Shown here one piece after another: positions 39,503 to 48,529 of a DNA stretch of 58,995 nucleotides. The notes below the pieces were generated by a model. That model worked only from the letters and a program-made list of their open reading frames with translations. It did not search any database and was not told the origin of the DNA. Location: NCBI GenBank assembly GCA_963642885.1, contig CAVIJI010000010.1, positions 4,958-63,952 of the forward strand, in the 5' to 3' direction. This DNA is from a bacterium (lineage in GTDB: Bacteria; Bacillota; Clostridia; Oscillospirales; CAG-272). A program made the translations under genes and the position numbers. How positions within the stretch are numbered: position 1 is the first letter of the stretch; every line of letters starts with the position of its first letter.

Positions 39503-41534
39503 CGAAGGTAAAAAACGTACCCGCGAAGAACGGAAAAAGCTTACAGTGCGTATTATAGCGATGATTCTTGCAATACTGATGGTTGGAAGTATGGCGTATT
39601 ATACGATATATATTCTTGCTTCATCTGTAAGGGCAAGCGATATTGATTCGGAAACATCTTCGGCTATCGACACATCCTCGCTCAAGGACAGCGAGGATGT
39701 TCTTGTTAGTGTCGGATTAATGTTCGGAGACAATATAACCACGGGCTTTCAGTGTGAAACGGATTACGGTTACACGATAGGTGAACAATATCTGTATGAC
39801 GGTAAGGAATTTACGGAAATCTGGGATATAGATACAGAGGTTATTTCCTGTACGGCGGACGCGAATCTTTCCGAAACTGATATGACATTTCTTGTCGCCG
39901 ATGATGAAGATGACTGTGTGATAGGCGGATACCACATTGAAGTAGACTGCTCGGAATATGACAGAGAAGAGTTCGAAGAGCTTATAGACGATACGGAATA
40001 CGACGTCGAAAAACTCGGATTATATGCAATTCCTTCGTATATTAATTCAGAATATATGCTCAGAATAGGTGCGTTCGCGGAATATGGGGAAGCGGATGAA
40101 TATTTGTCCGATGTGGAAAACATCTTCGATGATGAAGATGTATATATCGTGTCGCCATCCGTTACCGCTGTTTCGGTGCTTGACCCATACGAAAATATAA
40201 TTCTGTTCGAATACGATTGCGATGGAGAGAGTGAACTCGGACTTACGGCACATGAGGATGATGAAGGAAATACATATATCATGACGCCGGCAAGAAACGT
40301 ATATGACGGTGTATTCTGCTTTAAGAGATACGACAACGGTGAGACGGACGGGGTTTCGCTTATCAATATTATCCCGCTCGAGGCGTATGTCGCAGGAGTG
40401 TTGCCATATGAAACATCGAACTCGTGGCTGTTCGAAACGCTGAAGGCGTTTGCGGTAACAGTGCGTTCATTTACATTGACTCATTTGAACAGACATGGTC
40501 AATATGATTTCGACCTTTGTGCCACAACAGAGTGCCAGGTCTATAAAGGCGCGGGAAGAATCAACGACAATGTCATGAACGCGGTACTGGAAACAAAAGG
40601 CGATGTCATGACATATGACGGGGCTATAGTTAACGCATATTACTCATCATCAATGGGCGGTGTTACGGTAAGTGCAAAGGATGCATGGGGAAGCACAACA
40701 GAGTATCCGTATTTGAGCGCTGTTGAAACACCGTGGGAAAATTACATGGTGCATAACAACGGATTTTGGATTAATGAGGTGTCACCGGAGGCACTCCTCG
40801 AGAGACTTCATCAAGCTGGCTATGATGAGCTTGAGGATGCAGTCGAAGATGTTGAAATCGTAGAGTTCGCAACCGATTCCACCTATGTAAAAACATTATG
40901 CGTAACCGACATTCACGGAACAAGCGTGAACATAACCACAACGGATAAGGTTCGTACATCACTTACTCCGTATGTGAAAAGCGCAAATTTCGTGGTAGGA
41001 AAAGGTGAGGTTGAATATACCGAAAACGTTATTGTGGATTATGTGGCACAGGAATATGACAGTGCATCCGATTATGATTTGGATTATGGATATACAAATA
41101 TTGCGGACTGCTATGTGATGACAACGGATTCCGTCAGTACCAATGACGGCGGAGCATCTGTAATTCTCACGGGAAACGATAAAATAATATACAATCGTAA
41201 AGATGTTTTCGTAATAACAAAACAGAACGCATCGGCTTTCCTCGGAGACGAGTATAAGAAATATGCCGAGGAAGATACATCGGAGGATGTCAGCCATAAG
41301 ACCGAGGAAATATCCGATAAGTCAACAGATGAAATAAAATATAAAGTGGCTTATGCGGACGACAGTGATAATTTCATTTTTGTAGGAAAAGGCTGGGGAC
41401 ACGGTGTCGGAATGAGCCAATACGGTGCGCTCGATATGGCGGCACTCGGATATAACTCAAATGAAATACTCGAGGCATATTTTAAAGATATCGAAATAGT
41501 AAACTATACACGGGTTGATAGCTTTTCTAACTGA
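39477..41534 (+). CDS. SpoIID/LytB domain protein (large, with N-terminal TM helix and an acidic domain)
   Basis: 685 aa. LEAYVAGVLPYE, CATTECQVYKG, YYSSSMGG and GWGHGVGMSQYGA blocks. Start uncertain: GTG at 39477 or TTG at 39489. Confidence 0.8.
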   Translation: MTIQLLKINEGKKRTREERKKLTVRIIAMILAILMVGSMAYYTIYILASSVRASDIDSETSSAIDTSSLKDSEDVLVSVGLMFGDNITTGFQCETDYGYTIGEQYLYDGKEFTEIWDIDTEVISCTADANLSETDMTFLVADDEDDCVIGGYHIEVDCSEYDREEFEELIDDTEYDVEKLGLYAIPSYINSEYMLRIGAFAEYGEADEYLSDVENIFDDEDVYIVSPSVTAVSVLDPYENIILFEYDCDGESELGLTAHEDDEGNTYIMTPARNVYDGVFCFKRYDNGETDGVSLINIIPLEAYVAGVLPYETSNSWLFETLKAFAVTVRSFTLTHLNRHGQYDFDLCATTECQVYKGAGRINDNVMNAVLETKGDVMTYDGAIVNAYYSSSMGGVTVSAKDAWGSTTEYPYLSAVETPWENYMVHNNGFWINEVSPEALLERLHQAGYDELEDAVEDVEIVEFATDSTYVKTLCVTDIHGTSVNITTTDKVRTSLTPYVKSANFVVGKGEVEYTENVIVDYVAQEYDSASDYDLDYGYTNIADCYVMTTDSVSTNDGGASVILTGNDKIIYNRKDVFVITKQNASAFLGDEYKKYAEEDTSEDVSHKTEEISDKSTDEIKYKVAYADDSDNFIFVGKGWGHGVGMSQYGALDMAALGYNSNEILEAYFKDIEIVNYTRVDSFSN

Positions 41535-41577
41535 AAAAAACAGATGGTACACATCGTATGTACCATCTGTTTTTTTA
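41534..41577. terminator. bidirectional rho-independent terminator
   Basis: A7-CAGATGGTACA-loop-TGTACCATCTG-T7. Confidence 0.85.
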
Positions 41578-41622
41578 ATACACTTTTTTTCGGAATCGAA
41601 TCAATACGGCTTCCGCGTCGGC

Positions 41623-41871
41623 TTAAATACCGAGAGCTTCGTAGATTGCTCTTGAAAGTTGATCCGCACATGATGTAGAACGGGGACCGCAGGTATTGCC
41701 CTTTAAAATATCGGCTATTTCCTTGGCATTCTTTCCGTTACATAGTTTTGAAATAGCTTTAAGGTTTCCGTTGCATCCGCCTGTGAAGGCGATATTTGTT
41801 ATTATACCGTCTTCGATATCAAAGTCGATTTTAGAAGAACAAGTTCCGTTTGTTTTGTATGAGTATTTCAT
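41623..41871 (-). CDS. small 4-Cys TSCPD-domain protein (TIGR03905-like)
   Basis: 82 aa. GTCSSKIDFDIEDGII...FTGGCNGN...GNTCGPRSTSCADQL pattern. Confidence 0.75.
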   Translation of the reverse strand: MKYSYKTNGTCSSKIDFDIEDGIITNIAFTGGCNGNLKAISKLCNGKNAKEIADILKGNTCGPRSTSCADQLSRAIYEALGI

Positions 41872-41900
41872 GACTGACCGTATCCTTTTTTTAGTATTGT

Positions 41901-42863
41901 TTATCTGGTTTCTTCGGGCACCGATTCGGAATCGGATGTGGATCTGTAGATGGAAATATCCGATGAATCCGTGTGAATACTGATTTCACCGCGCGAGGAT
42001 TCAACATTGGTTTGTGTGTAGGGGCTCATTACCTCTGAGCCGTCAAGTGTGATTTTTCCCGATGTCGACACGAGATCCAAAGTCAAACCGTCGAGCTGGC
42101 TGATAGTCCCGAGCGAGATTGCACCGCTCTCCGATTTTATAACCGCATTTCCCGCACAGCGGAATTTATCCGCATTCAGGTTAAGCTCCTTCGCATTGAT
42201 GTTAATATATTGTATCAATGCGGTCGAAAGCTTTAAATCCACCTTTTCCGCGGGAGAATCGCTTTCGGATGAGTTGATATTGAATGTTGATGAGGTACGT
42301 ACCACATTACCGTCTATAACGGCATTTTGTGTGGTAATATTGTAGTCTGTTCCCGTTGTCATATTCGAAATGTTTAAAACAAGGTCATTCGATTTAATGT
42401 CGAATATTTTGATTTCCTTGTCGTTTGAAAGATATACGTTTATAACCTTGTCTTTGCTTTCGTCAACGGTGTTGTTGAAGTTGAAAATATAACGCATACC
42501 CTTAAAGGAGAATCCGTTTTCCCAAAACTTGAGCATGGATTTAATGTCGGGGATTTCATCAAAGCTCAAAACGCGATTGGCGTTTGAGAGGGAATAATAG
42601 TTTTCCTTGAAATTAACGAATTCAATATAAGATTTATCCTGACGTCCGTAGATGTTTATCTGAACCTTAGACGCGATGAGCTCTATTTTCGATATCTCCG
42701 AATCGGTAAGGTCTACGGTAGTTACGAGATCGGAACCTCTGTCCTCTGAAAAAAGGAATTCGCCGTTTGCTTTAGCCATATTTTGAGCTATAAAACAAGA
42801 CACAAGTCCGACTACAATCAACAGGACTGCTATAACAAGTGATATTATCGATGCAGGTCTCAC
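41901..42863 (-). CDS. membrane-anchored repetitive beta-strand protein (DUF4097-like)
   Basis: 320 aa. N-terminal TM helix, then Asn/Ser/Thr/Ile-rich repeated strands. Overlaps the upstream gene by 4 nt. Confidence 0.6.
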   Translation of the reverse strand: MRPASIISLVIAVLLIVVGLVSCFIAQNMAKANGEFLFSEDRGSDLVTTVDLTDSEISKIELIASKVQINIYGRQDKSYIEFVNFKENYYSLSNANRVLSFDEIPDIKSMLKFWENGFSFKGMRYIFNFNNTVDESKDKVINVYLSNDKEIKIFDIKSNDLVLNISNMTTGTDYNITTQNAVIDGNVVRTSSTFNINSSESDSPAEKVDLKLSTALIQYININAKELNLNADKFRCAGNAVIKSESGAISLGTISQLDGLTLDLVSTSGKITLDGSEVMSPYTQTNVESSRGEISIHTDSSDISIYRSTSDSESVPEETR

Positions 42864-43654
42864 AGCTTATAACACTCCCTTCTGACATGTAAAAACAAAT
42901 CCTTGATTTTTCCGCATACAATTCCCAATAGATTGCCTACAAGAGTTATCAACCACGGGAAGAATCTTATTGACAAGTTGTATATCAAAACAGATACGAA
43001 TAAAGCTCCTCCCGCTACCATAACACCTAATCCTATTTCGTATATTCCGGCTGCGGGGAACGTGAACAGCTGCGTTATACCGAAAATTATGCCGACAAGC
43101 GATATACCGGCACCTGCGGCAACTACGGCTATCAGCGCCACGATTCCTGCTACGATAAGTCCCGCAAGTGCCGCGAATAAAACAACGAATACGCCGAATA
43201 TCACGGTTGCTATACCAAGCGTAATGGGTAAGGTGATAAACAAGCCTACCCAGAATACAAGCATGGCTTTGACTGAAGGGGAGTGGTCGGGCGAGTATTC
43301 GAAATAATCCTCGTCGGATTCTTTCGAGGGTGTATTGTGTTTCTGATTCTGTTTTACCTGAGGCTTTAACGCCGTACTTTTCGCTGTCGTTTTTTCCGGC
43401 GGAGCTGCAATGGGAGGAATCGGCTGAACAGACGAATTTATATTTTGAGTATTTCTGCCCTTAGTCAGAATAACGGAAATACTGTCTGCGAGCTGTTCTA
43501 CTTCTTCCGAGGAACGTATGGCACTGATTTCGGACAGGTCATCGTTTGTGAAAGAACGGCTCAGGTTTGAAACATGCTTTGCCGCTGTTTCGTCCGGAAT
43601 CCCTCTTGCGACAAGAGCCTTCTTCAGTTCATTCATGAAGATGTTTAATTCCAT
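42860..43654 (-). CDS. membrane protein with a DUF1700-like N-terminal helical domain
   Basis: 264 aa. N-terminus MELNIFMNELKKAL...GIPDETAAKHVSNL, a Pro-rich linker, and 3-4 C-terminal TM helices. Confidence 0.6.
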   Translation of the reverse strand: MELNIFMNELKKALVARGIPDETAAKHVSNLSRSFTNDDLSEISAIRSSEEVEQLADSISVILTKGRNTQNINSSVQPIPPIAAPPEKTTAKSTALKPQVKQNQKHNTPSKESDEDYFEYSPDHSPSVKAMLVFWVGLFITLPITLGIATVIFGVFVVLFAALAGLIVAGIVALIAVVAAGAGISLVGIIFGITQLFTFPAAGIYEIGLGVMVAGGALFVSVLIYNLSIRFFPWLITLVGNLLGIVCGKIKDLFLHVRRECYKL

Positions 43655-43791
43655 TATCTCACCTCTCTTTTTATATGGTTATTATAGATTTTTATTCAAT
43701 ATTATGATATAATGGTAAGCAGTCGAAAGTCAAAGGAACAAGTAAAAATAGTATCACCTATATTCTATCAAAAAACGGAGTAATAATCAAT

Positions 43792-44532
43792 ATGCGAATG
43801 AGAAAAAAACGTCATGGAAATGAAAGACTTCTTACTTTGTCGTCTTTATTGTATCCATTTACGGAAAATGAGTGGGTTTCTTCCGAAAGTGTCTTCGAAA
43901 ACGATGCCCCGTTGTATCTTGAAGTGGGATGCGGAAAGGGAGAATTCATAACACTGCTGTCAGCGCGTGAAATAAACAATAACTATATTGCTCTGGAAAG
44001 AATATCGGATGTAGCCGTATGTGCAATAGAAAAATACGCTCGCAGCAGAGGACTCGGAGCACTCGGTGCCAACGGAGGATGGCTCACAGCTGACGGAGTA
44101 TTGTATAAAAACGGAGAAGTATACGACATCCCGCAAGAAGATAAGGGTAATGTACGCTTTATTGTCGGTGAAGCGGGTGACGTTGTATCCGCCATGCCGG
44201 ATAACATTCTTAACGGAATTATTGCGAATTTCAGTGATCCGTGGGCACGCAAATGCAATTATGAAAAGAGAAGACTGACTCATCCGGCTTTTCTAGAAAA
44301 TTACAGAAGAGTATTAAAAAAAGACGGTATTTTTTCGTTTAAGACCGATAATGAAACTCTTTTCGATTATACGGCAGAAGTTCTTCCGCAAAGCGGATTC
44401 GAGATTGTGTATGCTACACGTGATTTGCACAATTCGGAAAGAGCGGAAGGAAATATTATAACCGAGTATGAACGCAATTTCACCGAAAAGGGCGTTCCGA
44501 TTAAAATGCTCGAGGCAAGACCGGTTAAATAA
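43792..44532 (+). CDS. trmB: tRNA (guanine46-N7)-methyltransferase with an internal ~30-aa insertion
   Basis: 246 aa. LEVGCGKGEF SAM motif, NFSDPW, KRRL and TDN blocks. Confidence 0.85.
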   Translation: MRMRKKRHGNERLLTLSSLLYPFTENEWVSSESVFENDAPLYLEVGCGKGEFITLLSAREINNNYIALERISDVAVCAIEKYARSRGLGALGANGGWLTADGVLYKNGEVYDIPQEDKGNVRFIVGEAGDVVSAMPDNILNGIIANFSDPWARKCNYEKRRLTHPAFLENYRRVLKKDGIFSFKTDNETLFDYTAEVLPQSGFEIVYATRDLHNSERAEGNIITEYERNFTEKGVPIKMLEARPVK

Positions 44533-44546
44533 GCATAAAAAAACAC

Positions 44547-44575
44547 TTGACAGACAAATCGACAAGTGCTATAAT
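44547..44575 (+). promoter_or_regulatory. perfect consensus promoter ahead of the 44703 gene pair
   Basis: TTGACA (44547-44552), 17-nt spacer, TATAAT (44570-44575). Gives a 5' UTR of about 120 nt. Confidence 0.65.
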
Positions 44576-44702
44576 AAAAAGTATTGACAAACGAGCGTAA
44601 ACAAAAACCTAATTATAGTATAGCATATTATTTGTTCGTTGTCAATGCCAATCGGCTGATTTTTCGGAAATTTTTAATGTATTCAGGAAGTGTAATAGTA
44701 TA

Positions 44703-45440
44703 ATGAATGGATTGATATCACTTGAGAATATTTCGCTCAGACCTGTTTCAAAAGAAATACTGGCATTAAACGAAGTTTCATCGAAGTACGGTCTTGTTTT
44801 GACTGAAGAAGAAGCAAAGGAATTATCAGATACACGAAACAGATCTATTACGGAAAACGATCGTGTCGAAATAGGTTCGGGAGCTGTTACAAAGATAATA
44901 GAGAAATTTTGCACATCCAGATATGTGACAAAGGAGAATTATACATATCTGCTGAACGAACTGACATATTTGTTTTACTATATAAAAACGGAAACGGATG
45001 ATAAAATCAGTGATACGCAGCTTATCGATGAACTGTTCGAACGCTTTGAACTGTACTGTCGCGGAAGTGTCGACACTCTTATAAGCAGAGAAGTCGAAAG
45101 AATCATTCGTAAGGTAAATAGCGGAGAAAATTACGTAAAGTGGTACGCAGACAGAGACGAATTGAATCTTAAACCCGGTACGGGATCACGTGAGACACCC
45201 GAAAACTTTGTGCGCGAGGAATACGGGGATGATTATTTCGAAAGTACAGACAGCGACGGCCTTGCGGACCATGACAGATATGAGGATGACTTTGAAGATG
45301 AGGATACGCAGATAGATGAGCTTGACGCATTTGACGAATTTCTCGACAGCGAGGCGGTAATGCAGAGCGAGAACAATCCTAATCCCGATGCCGCCCACGA
45401 ATATACGGACGATGATGAGGAGTGTGAAGACGATGACTGA
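44703..45440 (+). CDS. hypothetical soluble protein with a ~95-aa extremely acidic C-terminal tail
   Basis: 245 aa. Helical N-terminal domain, tail rich in D/E (YEDDFEDEDTQIDELDAFDEF...DDDEECEDDD). No TM helix or signal peptide. Confidence 0.65.
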   Translation: MNGLISLENISLRPVSKEILALNEVSSKYGLVLTEEEAKELSDTRNRSITENDRVEIGSGAVTKIIEKFCTSRYVTKENYTYLLNELTYLFYYIKTETDDKISDTQLIDELFERFELYCRGSVDTLISREVERIIRKVNSGENYVKWYADRDELNLKPGTGSRETPENFVREEYGDDYFESTDSDGLADHDRYEDDFEDEDTQIDELDAFDEFLDSEAVMQSENNPNPDAAHEYTDDDEECEDDD

Positions 45441-46080
45441 TATTACACTGTACAGCAGACTGAATTGTGACAATATTTCACGCTCCGATTACATAAACAC
45501 TCTTATACCCGAGGCGTTGAGGGTAGGGTTGGTTAACGACGGCGATGTAGACAGAATCAGAAACGATTTAATGACCGCTTTAGCCGAAGTGATAGGGTAT
45601 TATACGAAGCAGGAATCATCATCCGTGAAATCGGACACCGCAACCGAGCTTTCGGAATCGATGGTGTATAATATCGATACATATTTGCTTTCTCTCGGAG
45701 ACGATAAAGCCGCACTTTCGGAATTGCTTGACAGAAGAATGATTGAGCTTTACGGAAAGGGTTATATTATTAATTCGAAGTTTTATGAGAAAGCGAAAAT
45801 TTTATACGGTAAAGCAAGATATTCGAGACTGAAAAACGGAAGCGAAGAATACAATAAAACGCTCGACAAGTACTTCAGGTATTATTTAACAAATTACTCA
45901 CCTAAGTTTTCCGCTCACAATAAAATTTATCTGTCATTGAGAGAATATGACCTGAACGGAGTTTACCATATAAACGAAGCGGTCGATGTGCTGAACAGAA
46001 TCCTCGAAATCAATCACGGCCCGAAGGCGGATTATGTAATAAACTCGTCTGAAAGCATAAAAATCGAAACAGATGAATAA
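45433..46080 (+). CDS. hypothetical soluble helical protein, translationally coupled to the 44703 gene
   Basis: Start at the ATG at 45433 (MTDITLYSRLN), overlapping the upstream stop codon. 215 aa. No recognisable motif. Confidence 0.6.
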   Translation: MTDITLYSRLNCDNISRSDYINTLIPEALRVGLVNDGDVDRIRNDLMTALAEVIGYYTKQESSSVKSDTATELSESMVYNIDTYLLSLGDDKAALSELLDRRMIELYGKGYIINSKFYEKAKILYGKARYSRLKNGSEEYNKTLDKYFRYYLTNYSPKFSAHNKIYLSLREYDLNGVYHINEAVDVLNRILEINHGPKADYVINSSESIKIETDE

Positions 46081-46119
46081 ATAAACATCGAAAAATACAA
46101 TTTATTTTTCTTATTCCGA

Positions 46120-46148
46120 TTTACAACAGAAAGATATTATGATATAAT
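46120..46148 (+). promoter_or_regulatory. promoter of the nfnAB-like operon
   Basis: TTTACA (46120-46125), 17-nt spacer, TATAAT (46143-46148). Confidence 0.55.
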
Positions 46149-46190
46149 ACCCCTATAACAAATTACGACTCATAATAAAGAGGTCATATT

Positions 46191-47036
46191 ATGTATGAGA
46201 TAACAGAAAAAAAGGTACTCAATCCTACGGTAATTAAAATGAATATAAATGCACCGTTGGTTGCCAAAAAAGCACAAGCGGGACAGTTTATAATTTTACG
46301 TGTAGATAAAGACGGAGAGAGAATTCCGCTTACGGTTGCCGACTGCGACAGAGAAAAGGGAACGGTAACCATAATTTTCCAAAAGGTCGGAGCGACCACG
46401 GATAAGCTTGCCGAGCTGAATGAGGGCGACTTCATAGCGGATTTCGCAGGCCCGCTCGGAAAAGCTACCGAGGTTGAAGGATTGAAAAAGGTCGCCGTAA
46501 TCGGCGGCGGCGTTGGATGTGCAATTGCTTATCCCGTTGCGAAAAAGCTGCATGAAAACGGATGCGAGGTTCATTCGGTAGTAGGATTCAGAAACCATGA
46601 TCTTGTTATATTGGAGGATGAATTCAAGGGTGTTTCGGATAAGTTTGTTGTAATGACCGATGACGGCTCGTATGGGGAAAAGGGTGTTGTAACAAACGCA
46701 CTTAAGGCACTGATTGACTCAGGTGAAAAATACGATGAAGTTATTGCTATCGGTCCCGTAATAATGATGAAGTTTGTCGCACAGTTAACCAAAGAATACG
46801 GGATTAAGACCTTGGTCAGCATGAATCCCATTATGATTGACGGAACGGGAATGTGCGGCGGATGCAGACTTACCGTAGGCGGTAAAACGAAATTCGCATG
46901 TGTAGACGGACCCGAATTTGACGGACATGAGGTTGATTTCGACGAAGCACTTAAGAGAGGTTCCATGTACAGGGATTTCGAAAAGCATGCGCGTGAAAAC
47001 AACTGCAACCTTTTTAAACAACAGACGAATAACTGA
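46191..47036 (+). CDS. FAD/NAD(P)-binding 2Fe-2S oxidoreductase subunit (NfnA / sulfide-dehydrogenase gamma-like)
   Basis: 281 aa. PyrK-like fold and a C-terminal Cys cluster, CGGCRLTVGGKTKFACVDGP. Confidence 0.75.
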   Translation: MYEITEKKVLNPTVIKMNINAPLVAKKAQAGQFIILRVDKDGERIPLTVADCDREKGTVTIIFQKVGATTDKLAELNEGDFIADFAGPLGKATEVEGLKKVAVIGGGVGCAIAYPVAKKLHENGCEVHSVVGFRNHDLVILEDEFKGVSDKFVVMTDDGSYGEKGVVTNALKALIDSGEKYDEVIAIGPVIMMKFVAQLTKEYGIKTLVSMNPIMIDGTGMCGGCRLTVGGKTKFACVDGPEFDGHEVDFDEALKRGSMYRDFEKHARENNCNLFKQQTNN

Positions 47037-47047
47037 GGAGATAACCT

Positions 47048-48439
47048 ATGCCTAATATGACACCGAAAAAAAATGAAATGCCGACTCAGGATCCACAGGT
47101 ACGTTCAACGAACTTTAATGAGGTCGCTCTCGGATACAGTGAAGAAACAGCCATTGACGAGGCATCGCGTTGTTTGAATTGCAAAAATATGCCGTGTGTA
47201 TCGGGATGTCCCGTAAATATCGAAATACCCCATTTTATAAAGAAAATTACCGAAAAGGATTATGAGGGTGCATATAAGGTAATTTCACTCTCAAGCTCAC
47301 TTGCGGCCGTATGCGGAAGAGTATGTCCGCAGGAGACACAATGCGAATCGAAATGTGTCAGAGGAATCAAGGGAGAGTCTGTCGGAATCGGCCGACTCGA
47401 ACGCTTTGTAGCGGATTGGCATAATAAGAACTTTAACGGTAAAACAGAACAGCCCGAGAAAAACGGACATAAGGTTGCCGTTATCGGTTCCGGTCCTTCC
47501 GGACTTACGTGCGCGGGAGATCTTGCGAAAATGGGATATGATGTGACTGTTTTCGAAGCACTCCATACGGCGGGAGGCGTTCTTGTTTACGGAATTCCCG
47601 AATTCAGACTTCCGAAAGCCATTGTCGAAAAAGAAATAGATAATTTGCGTGAGCTTGGAGTAAAGATAGAAACCAACGTGATAATCGGCAAAACAATCTC
47701 GGTCGATGAGCTGCTTGAAGGCGGTTTCGAGTCAGTTTATATCGGAACCGGCGCGGGTTTGCCGAATTTCATGAACATTCCGGGCGAAAATCTTTCGGGA
47801 GTTTATTCCGCAAATGAATTTTTGACGAGAATAAATCTAATGAAGGCTTATAAAGATGATTCCGCAACTCCGATAATCCATGCGGAGAATGTAGCTGTGG
47901 TAGGCGGCGGCAACGTTGCCATGGATGCCGCAAGATGCGCAAAACGTCTCGGTGCGAAAAATGTATATATTGTTTACCGCAGAAGCGAAAGCGAGCTTCC
48001 CGCGAGAGCGGAGGAAGTCGAGCACGCAAAGGAGGAGGGAATCGAATTCAGACTTCTCTCAAATCCGATATCAATTCAAGCTGACGAAAACGGTCACGCC
48101 GCCAAAACCGTATGTCAGAGGATGGAGCTCGGTGAACCTGATGCGAGCGGAAGACGTCGTCCCGTTCCTGTGGAGGGAGCCGATTTTGAGCTCGACACGG
48201 ATTGTGTAATCATAGCAATAGGCACAAGTCCGAATCCACTTATTAAAACAACGACAGAAGGACTCGAATGTTCGAAACGCGGTGGAATAGTAACCGATGA
48301 GGACGGACTCACATCGCGTGTCGGAGTATATGCCGGCGGAGATGCGGTTACAGGTGCCGCCACGGTTATATTGGCAATGGGTGCAGGTAAAAAAGCCGCA
48401 GCGGCCATCGATAAGTATATAAAAGAAAAAAATAGCTGA
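47048..48439 (+). CDS. NADPH-dependent glutamate synthase small-chain-like subunit (NfnB type)
   Basis: 463 aa. N-terminal Fe-S Cys motifs (CLNCKNMPCVSGCP, CGRVCPQETQCESKC). Two dinucleotide folds (VAVIGSGPSGLTCA, VAVVGGGNVAMDAA). Confidence 0.8.
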   Translation: MPNMTPKKNEMPTQDPQVRSTNFNEVALGYSEETAIDEASRCLNCKNMPCVSGCPVNIEIPHFIKKITEKDYEGAYKVISLSSSLAAVCGRVCPQETQCESKCVRGIKGESVGIGRLERFVADWHNKNFNGKTEQPEKNGHKVAVIGSGPSGLTCAGDLAKMGYDVTVFEALHTAGGVLVYGIPEFRLPKAIVEKEIDNLRELGVKIETNVIIGKTISVDELLEGGFESVYIGTGAGLPNFMNIPGENLSGVYSANEFLTRINLMKAYKDDSATPIIHAENVAVVGGGNVAMDAARCAKRLGAKNVYIVYRRSESELPARAEEVEHAKEEGIEFRLLSNPISIQADENGHAAKTVCQRMELGEPDASGRRRPVPVEGADFELDTDCVIIAIGTSPNPLIKTTTEGLECSKRGGIVTDEDGLTSRVGVYAGGDAVTGAATVILAMGAGKKAAAAIDKYIKEKNS

Positions 48440-48529
48440 GACCGTATTTTTGCGGTAAATAATTAAACACACGGAACTTTTTTCACATTCTCTTAGTCTA
48501 TAGAATCATATGATTTTACTTTAGAGGTA

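Noticed and set aside
44584-44619. Second TTGACA hexamer in the trmB-downstream intergenic region, considered as a promoter
   Set aside because: There is no acceptable -10 element at 16-19 nt. The nearest, TATAGT, is 24 nt away. The hexamer is more likely one arm of the inverted repeat with 44636-44645.
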